From Owenia fusiformis (taxonomy: Eukaryota): 64,000 bases of DNA. The DNA lies in assembly GCA_903813345.2 (NCBI GenBank), contig CAIIXF020000001.1, forward strand, positions 40,424,001 through 40,488,000. The letters run 5' to 3'. The position numbers were made by a program, and so were the translations under genes. A model generated the notes under the pieces. It was not told the DNA's origin and made no database searches. It worked only from the letters and a program-made list of their open reading frames with translations. How positions within the stretch are numbered: the first letter of the stretch is position 1; every line of letters begins with the position of its first letter. Shown here piece by piece: positions 55,736-64,000 of this stretch.

Positions 55736-56300
55736 CTGAAATCATAAAAATGTACAAGTTTGTGTAACATATTTACAAACAAAGCATTCACATGAAAAAA
55801 ATGACATTACCTGCAAATGGTTACAAAAGTATAACAAATTATTATAGATAATAACTGCCAATCATTAATGTCAAACACTGAAATCTGAACTCAGGAGGCT
55901 GATCGCAAAAAAATAAAAAATAAATAAACGATTCTGCTTGATGGTGTCACAAAAAGCACATTCTACAGGCAGTCATTAGAAAAAAAAGTTGCTTGTATAC
56001 TACATTAATAATACACAACGATCTAATATAGGATAATGGGTTCAACATTTTATTTTATTTGCCAACTTAGTTGACTGCAATACATTATTTATGTAAAATT
56101 GGAAAATATGTCAACCACCGTGACTCCCTCAATAAAATCAATGGTAAGAGTGTGAAGTGTAATTTGGAATGAAAGAGTTGGTTAGAATGACAAATATAAG
56201 TACTGATATACAGTTAATGTAAAACAATATGCCATTCTACCATTGTTTTCCAGGCTTTACATTAAGGTATTGAGGAACTTTTTATTTGAATCGTGTAATA

Positions 56301-57266
56301 CAGGGTGACAAAAAAAACTGGAACCCACTTAAGTCTTAATTACTTCGTCAATGATGCATATTGAGCTTAGTTATTTAGTAAATGTATAGTCAACTGAATG
56401 TATGACAGGATGTCAAAGTTTTACCATTATGGCCCAATTAATCTCTAAATGAGGCACGATTAGATAATGTGCTTCAAATGTGCACCACAACGTTGGATGC
56501 AGAGCTGGATTCTTCTTGCAAAATTGTCAATGACCCGACTGCATTAATCTCTGTCTATCTCTCTAATTAGTCTTCCAATGTTGAGTTTGAGGTCATCAAT
56601 GGTCAGTGGACTATCTGTATACACATTTTCCTTGAGATACCCCCACAGATAAAAACCTGGGGGTTCAATCAGGGGAGTGGGGGGGCAGATGTGGCGGGTA
56701 TAGTGACTGATTAATCAATCATCAAAGTGAGCCTGAAGCCATCGAACGGACTCGTTTGAGGTGTGGCACCATCTTGTTGGAACCATTGCTGGTCCCTTCT
56801 CAAGTCACGTCGTCTACCCAGCGCTCTCCGAAACTTTTGAACGTTAGGGATGTAACGTTCTGAGTTGACTGTTGAGTTGTTTTGAGTTCTGACAGACCTC
56901 TCTCTCCCCGAATAGGTTGGTTTACCATCACTTATCTTCTTTGTTGGTTTAACAGTTCCTTCTGAATCAAACTTCTGTACAAGCCTAAAGATCTGTGACT
57001 TTCAAGGGGCTCTTCTTGCCCTGTGATCTCTCATATAGGCAGTTTGTGTCTCTTTATACGATTTTGTCTCGATATACTTTCTCACAATATAAGTATTTTC
57101 TTCTGTCGTCCATGTCATGATTAATATCAAAGCTACAGTACTCACTATTGTGTCATTTTGTCATGCATTCAGTCTAGTTTCCACCCTGAAAAAATGAAGA
57201 CTGTAATTATAATACTTTCTGAGAAATTTGATGATTTATGGGTTCCAGTTTTTTTTTGTCATCCTG
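56301..57266 (-). mobile_element. Internally deleted Tc1/mariner-superfamily transposon
   Basis: TIRs cagggtgacaaaaaaaactggaaccca / tgggttccagtttttttttgtcatcctg. TA on both sides. A transposase remnant lies inside. Confidence 0.95.
56460..57118 (-). pseudogene. Decayed DDD transposase, probably DD41D (rosa/VS type)
   Basis: Manual translation across stops and frameshifts: MTWTTEENTYIVRKYIETKSYKETQ...IFRLVQKFDSEGTV, then TVNSERY...WFQQDGAT...PPHSPD..PPGFYLWGYLKENVY...NFARRIQLCIQRCGAHLKHII*. Confidence 0.9.
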
Positions 57267-60200
57267 TATATAGTTTTTTCGAGTGATATGATTCTTATTC
57301 ATAATTGGATATCCATAGATGCTTGTCCTCTAATTAAAACGACTGATTGACCATTGTGACTGTAAGTCTTGTTTTGAGTCAAAGTAGCAAAAATCTGTTA
57401 ACCATACGATATGGCACCATATCTCATGGTTTAAATGAAGTATTCAATGGTTTAGAAAAAATTGCAAAAATATGATACTTTTCCTCTAGTTATAATTTTT
57501 TTTTTAGTTTGACAAAATATCAATTGAATATCAAAGTATTCATGCTTTGATTTGTTTTGATATTTTTTCCTTACACATGTATGTTTCTTGTTCCTACTCA
57601 CTCAGAGATAAAGTTATCAACTGAAAGATAAAAAATAATATATCCTTCAAAAGTCATATGTATTTTCCATTTATCTCATACATATATGTATGAGATATAA
57701 TATCCTTAACTCATTTTTTTCTTGTAGAATATCATATGATTCATCCCTGATTCAGTCAGTGAGACATAACATTGAAGTGATTGTTGTTTTTTCACCTCTA
57801 TCAAATATCAACTTTATAATTTGTGTTTTTACAATAACAAAGATCAGAGTACACATTAGTAGACATGATTCAACAAGTTCATAGCATATGCTGGGGATAT
57901 TTCAGTCTTTCCAAGTTGTGCACAAAAGATTAACTGTCCCTACTCCCCCCCTCCCCCTCTGTAACTACATTATATCATCTTTGATGATGATGAAAATCAA
58001 ACTATTCAGTCTTATTGTCTGATGTTCATATTCACAGGTGAATGTAAATATTCACATACACAAGGGTTCACAAATGTGTTCATATACAATGTTAAGATTG
58101 ACCTAATAAAATGATTCACTTACTCTTAATGAGGTTTCGTAATTTATAGGAACATTCCAGATAAGTATACTCCCAAACAAATGCTTACTTCATCAACACA
58201 TGAACAGGGTTAAGGTCAACCAAAACATCTTCCTCAAGCACACTTGCTTATACTATCCACCAGGATATGAGACATATATCAAACCCACCATTAACACCCC
58301 CAGCACAATGTACACCCTGATAATGGTTTCTTGGGAATCTTTTTTAGAAACTTTCTTGAAATTACTTTTGGATCCCGATGACCTTTTTCAGAAGTGACTT
58401 TTAGTTTCCCAGGAGACTGAACTTGTTCAAAGAAAATCAAGAAAGCAGTTTCAGTTCCTGGTTGCTGCCTGTTGGCACTAACTAGAGCGCAATCTTGCTT
58501 CTAAGGGTTGCTCACAAGAGGTCTCAACATCCATACACCATGTGTACCTCTTCTGTAAAAAACTCAAACCTGATTGGTTCAAGCCAATAAGAAGATTAGT
58601 CCCATGGTCCCAGAGTTGGTACCCTAGTGGATTTTGCCTTTGAAATTAGTGAAGAAAAAAGTGAAAATGTTTAGCAGTAATTAAGAGTGGCAGGACAGGG
58701 TGTGCTGGTTTAACTCATAAATCAACAGTAAACAGTTAGCAGTCATAAAGTACATACATCATCTCTGCATGCTTGTTTCTTGCCTCAGCAACCAGGATAG
58801 GGACGGGACATAGCATCTTCAACCATTTGGCAACCTATAAGATACATGCCATGTTTCCTTTTCAACATATCTTTAGACGTTCATTTTCATCCCCTTTGGT
58901 AAAATATTTAGTTGCTGAGAAGTGCTTGTGATGATCAATGTGCAGAAATGCCCAACTTGGATTTCTAAGGTCTTAAGTTCTGAAAATCGAACTGGCATAT
59001 CGAACTGGCAAATGTCTAGGTCAAGTAATATCAGAAGCACTGCATTTTAAATCCAAATATAATGTACAAGTCAAATGTCTTTATATAAATCAGGGGTTTC
59101 TTTAGCAATAGGAAATAAGACATTTTCTAAAGTTGATTTTCATCCAAATGCAATGATGTTTTGAGAAATTTTGCAACTATTCTAAGTTAAATTATAATTT
59201 CCAATACCTGTTGTTTCATTCATTCATTTCTAAATGAACCCTTCGGAGGATTATAATAATTCATTGAAAAGCCAGGTTAGATAGGATGTCTAATACCTCA
59301 TTACAGACACCTACAGCAACATCCCTCAAGCATGTGAATGATGGGGTGAACCATATGAAGATTAGAAGTTTGAAGATTAAAAGTTTGGAAGAAAAGATTC
59401 ACATGTTTTTTCTTCACAGAATATATGTTTACTGTCTTCTATTGAATGGTACTTTCTCCAAATACTCTTAATACCCACTGGACAATTACACTATCCTCTG
59501 ACTATTATAGGTTTCACAGTTTTCATACTGACAAAATCTGAACAACAAAAATGTAGTTCCTGTTGACTGCAAACTGCATACTCAGATTAAAAATAGGCCA
59601 GACCAAAATGTATCTCTAGCGAGATTGAAGAGTAAAGACAAAGTTTAGGTTTGAAGAGTACAGTGAAATAAGTGGTAAGTTAGGTGCCTCATTCTGAAAT
59701 ATCAGAGTTCCTCTTGATCAAATACTTGCAAGAGATTTACTTTCTTTTGTACATGTAGAGACTGGAACCAACAGTGAAGGTACCTTAATCTCTTCAGTTG
59801 AGATACAAAAACATATGGTCCACCCCTGATCTAGCCACTTACTCCAACTTATTGAAGGATGGGAACGCTGCCAAACAATCTAAAGCTCATGCCGCCATTT
59901 TGGAAATCACAGTTTCGCAAATAAACAGACCTTCATTTCTAATTAACGGATTTAGTTTAGGACATAATTATTTCACACTCTATCAGGCCATTGATTTAAT
60001 AGATTGTCATAGATGATATGCACGAAACTAGTACCATTCTCTGTTTCAATGATATGAATCTTATATAATTTTGACCTAAAAATAAAGGCTCAACTTGTTA
60101 AGGAGATACAATGCCCTTGAATTTCTCCCATTATGACATACAAAGCCCATCAAGAGTTGGACACATTCTACAATAATCCTGAAAAAGTTAGCTCATCAAT

Positions 60201-60616
60201 GGTAAGATTAATTGTTGTAAACAGATTGTAGACTCTAAAAATATCCAAGTAGTAGTGGCTGATAGCCATACCTCAGACCTACAGTCATGGCTTCAGGTTT
60301 CTTGGGAGTCGGCTCGGATTTCTACTACAAGTATAAGAGTAGTAGCACCAGTTGTATACAGCATCTATAGTCTTTACCACCTCCAGTCAAAACACAGAGG
60401 GTTCCACCCTGAGAGAGATTCACATTGGATTACACTACCCAGCCAGTTTTTCAAACGATTAGATTATCTCCACGAGATTTCTGAAGGATGTTACATCAGT
60501 TTGCTGAATGTACCAGACATGTACTTTTAACGCACATACCATTACATTACCACAACTAAAAGATGAAGATGTTTGATTTGAAAATAATCAAAGAAAATAA
60601 AATGAAATGAGCTCAC

Positions 60617-60765
60617 CTCATGTCTTGTGCCGAGTCGTTGGTGTTGTGAAAGCTCAGGAGTTTGCTATAATCCATAAAGCGGCTAAGCTGACACATAAAG
60701 GACCTCTCTAGTAGTATATAGAGTAGGCTAGCAGAACCACTGTGTAGTGTGTGTGATGATGTACA
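60617..60765 (-). CDS. Candidate distal exon with ORF start at 60696: MCQLSRFMDYSKLLSFHNTNDSAQDM + AG, ends in phase 2
   Basis: Acceptor tgtattgctttacag and donor GAG|gtgagc. Locally raised GC. Could alternatively encode a uORF. Confidence 0.45.
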
Positions 60766-61791
60766 CTGTAAAGCAATACAACACAAGGCACATGTATCAT
60801 AGCCCTAGCAACTACTAACCTTAGATCTGGATGGCCTCTGTCTGCATACAGGAACATCTAGAGATTTGGTGTTCATTAAAGTCTCCCTGGGTAGACCTGG
60901 GGAGTGTGTTGCACAGATGCTTCATTAACGATCCTCTGATCTGGAAGAAATTTTCAAATGGTTTGAAACTAGCATGAAAGAATTATGAAGAATGTTATAC
61001 ATAAGATGATAAGCTGGAATAATTATTTGAAAGGCCAAGCCAGTTTACTAATGACTTTAACCAGGACACTTGTTTATATACATGTGCAAGTATTTCTCAT
61101 AAATTATCTAAAAACTGTTCAAGATAGTTCAACAAAATGTTGTATCTGTAGTGTTACTGAACAAATCTGTACAATAAATATCTTTAGTACACATACACAC
61201 ATAATTAATTTTATCCTTATCTATTTTTAATTGGATACAGACATGCAATTATGTTGGAACAATAAGGGCCTGTTCCTGAGAAGCATTTCTCCCAGAAGCT
61301 CAAGTTAAAATCACATGACACATATCAACCAATCAGAATTTAGGAAACATAGCTGATCAGATAAGGTCTTTCTGCACACAATACCAGGTCTTTACCACTG
61401 AAATCACATTCTCACACTTATGTCCTTCACAGGACCTCATAAAATGTAGATTTTAATCTTCAGCTTATGGACATTTGGGGATGGTGTCTAAGATCAACCG
61501 CTTTCAAAGATGATTAAAATTTGTGGAAAAATGACATAACTTCTTTAGGAATGGAGAAAAATGAAAATTTTGTCTCATGAAAAATGTTGGTTTCCAACTG
61601 AAATTCAAATGAATGGTGGAATCCACATTTTTAAATTTTGTTACATGAGGAGTAAACTATCTTTATTTAACATTTTAACATCATCCCTAATTGTAAGGAC
61701 GTATTACTGTATATATCTTGTATTTGTTAGGCACATTTGTTTCGCTTCTTAAAAAATAACTTCATCTAAAGTTTGCCTGCATGGTATATCT

Positions 61792-62182
61792 TACCCTGCG
61801 TGCAGAGTCTAGTTAAACTACACTCTGCCTAGTAGAGACCATATTACAGTTTAGTAGCCCCGCCCCCACGACGGGTACCGGTGACAGTTTGGGTAATAAT
61901 ATAGTTCACTTCTGACCTATAAAATAATGCGCTGACCTTTCTTCCACCATTCAGCGAGCCTGAACAAACATACGCCAAATGCGTTCTAATTAAATATGCG
62001 CATGTCATTGGTCAATTCCGTGCTCAACGATGACGTCAGAAGGAATGACCATATATAGAACGTCGGTCAAATTTGGCCGACGAACACTGATTGGCGCGGT
62101 GAGTTCACAGGTTTATTTTAGTTTGAAAGAGTGAAGACGAAGCTCTCTTTTAAGAAGTGAAGTCAAACGAATGCAAAGGGTA
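61792..62182 (+). mobile_element. 391-bp non-autonomous DNA transposon with short TACCCT TIRs and a 9-bp TSD
   Basis: Ends taccctgcgtgca ... tgcaaagggta. TSD ggtatatct at 61783-61791 and 62183-62191. Two further copies occur in the window. Confidence 0.92.
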
Positions 62183-62279
62183 GGTATATCTTAGAATTCA
62201 ATCATAATATCTGACTGCTAAGAATAGAATCTATGAGATAGTCCCCCAAAGGATTGTGATAGAAAGTCACATCTATTTT

Positions 62280-62814
62280 CACTGGTGATCCACTCGATTA
62301 CGCTGGTTACCAAAACGAACCGTTTTGGTAACAAAATGTCGGAACGTCGAAGGCACTATTTTTCTTTTTTCCTTATTTCACGCGTTGTAGGCAGAATCCC
62401 CATGACGTTTTTTCTCACAACGTGCAGCAGTATCATATGTTTTAGAAAATGTACATGTTTGCGAAAAAATAGCTCAGAGGACAACAGAATCGTCGATTTA
62501 CTTCCTCACTTAAGTTACATAAACGGTTTTTCGAAAATCAGTTAAGATCTGCACTTTTAACCCAAACCGTTTATGTAACTTAAGTGAGGAAGTAAATCGA
62601 CGATTCTGTTGTCTTCTGAACTATTTGGTCGCAAATATGTACAATTTCTTAAACATATGATACTGATACACGTTGTGAGAAAAAATGTCATGGGAATTCT
62701 GCCTACAACGTGTAAAATAAGGAAACGAGAAAATCGTACCTTCCGGATGTTCCGACATTTTGTTACCAAAACGAACCGTTTTGGTAACCAGCGTAATCGA
62801 GTGGATCACCAGTG
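62280..62814. mobile_element. 535-bp fold-back element with CACTGGTG termini and a 5-bp TSD
   Basis: About 250-bp inverted arms with a short spacer. TSD atttt at 62275-62279 and 62815-62819. Confidence 0.95.
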
Positions 62815-63237
62815 ATTTTGCAGTTGGGACTTTAAAATGTTGCTTGTATTTTAATTGCAAGTGTCAGAATAATAGTAGAAAAAATGATAAATATGAGCAA
62901 CAGGTTTATCATGTGGGCCCACAAAGATAATACAAGTGATGTTTGTCTACCAGGCCACAACAATAAACACATTTTAATATTGTGGTTAATGGTTTAAGGA
63001 TCAACCAAGGCATTTAACAAGGTAGTGAGGATAAATATTTGCTTCTTTGGCAAATTCCTATTTTGGGAAAATCCTAAAATTAAAATTAAAATTTGATTTT
63101 CAGTAAGTGACATCTACCACAAATACAAAAATAAAAATAAATCATGTAAATGCTATATATTTAGTATTTTTTACATCCATGAATGACTGGGATTCTCAAA
63201 TTTTGATAATCAAACTCCCAAGAAATACTCAGATTTA

Positions 63238-63350
63238 CACCCTATGATTAGTGAGCGGAGCTAATTTCAAGGGTGATGGTAAAGACGAGGCGCCATGCCT
63301 CATCTTTACCATCACCCTTGAAATTAGCTCCACTCACTAATCATAGGGTG
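63238..63350. mobile_element. 113-bp hairpin MITE with CACCCTATG termini and a 5-bp TSD
   Basis: 54-bp arms with a few-base loop. TSD attta at 63233-63237 and 63351-63355. Confidence 0.92.
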
Positions 63351-64000
63351 ATTTAGAAAATCTGACATGGATTATCAACTTAAAAAAAACTGTCCATGTG
63401 AAACAAATATTGCGCTGTTAGAACATTGGCCTAATGGGTAAATACTCATACATGTGATAAACTCCACAAGAGAGTAATGGTTCCCTAATGATTATTATGT
63501 CAGGAGGTCTATCATAACATTGACAAGGCCTAGCAGGTGCTCTAATCTTACCTATACAAAATAAACAATAAAGCACAAAATAAAATCAACAATATATACA
63601 TTCTGAGACTCATCACATCTTTCTGTTTTGATATGACTGAGAGGAATTGAGATGTCATGACTTATCTTGATGGCAATGTTAAAGAGACGTTTTTGATCAC
63701 ACTTCACTTATTACAAGAGAACTAAGATGACTTACAAGAACAAACAATACATTATGCACCATTACCCTTTACAAAAAATTGATTATGCTTTATCAACACC
63801 AAAGCATTTAATATGTCATGCCTTCTTTTGTCCCCCTCCCTCCCATCCTGCAGATAATTGCAACTTATCATTCCTGATTCTCAAAATATCAATGTGTATA
63901 GACAAAGAGGATTAAAAACAGCAACGCACAGAGAACTAAATCCCACCAAACATCAAATCACTCATCAGTTTTAACATTATGAGATGGAAATATCTAATAG

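Noticed and set aside
60293..60301. MEF3/Six-binding site TCAGGTTTC suggesting Six-Eya autoregulation
   Set aside because: One 9-mer in 64 kb is compatible with chance.
62285..62860. Paired similar ORFs on opposite strands
   Set aside because: An artefact of the fold-back inverted repeat.

Overview
Eukaryotic, AT-rich, CpG-poor animal genomic DNA. A marine invertebrate such as a mollusc is a guess from the repeat style and cannot be established here. None of the supplied ORFs is a complete gene. Reading GT-AG exons on the minus strand reconstructs the 5' part of one large gene. Four phase-compatible exons (15391-15449, 9305-9420, 4895-5002, 456-522) give VKRARHDNSVDVADNTNCNR-GDSQPISSPGSEISSNSSSPHTTTTLEPCPLTASQTVDG-GVSGLTGAGVLAGFTNSDTWVMSNVSAVNETTISCR-DQIKNGDPYTTSQYSTAYTYN. 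I recognise this from memory as the N-terminal region of an eyes absent (Eya) protein; the conserved C-terminal Eya domain would lie beyond position 1. Several candidate alternative upstream exons (17.9, 18.3, 27.1, 38.5, 50.2, 55.7 and 60.6 kb) can feed it. The rest is intronic: minisatellites, many non-autonomous DNA transposons with clean target-site duplications (TSDs of 5 bp, 9 bp or TA) and a decayed Tc1/mariner element. The three most unusual observations are: (1) one eya exon has both splice junctions amplified into tandem repeats, including an in-frame 63-bp unit carrying a donor and an acceptor; (2) there are CAC-terminated fold-back elements with 5-bp TSDs, one with ends resembling V(D)J recombination signals; (3) a 9-bp-TSD element carrying promoter motifs has a 78-bp miniature copy. 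No database search was possible, so all homology calls need confirmation.
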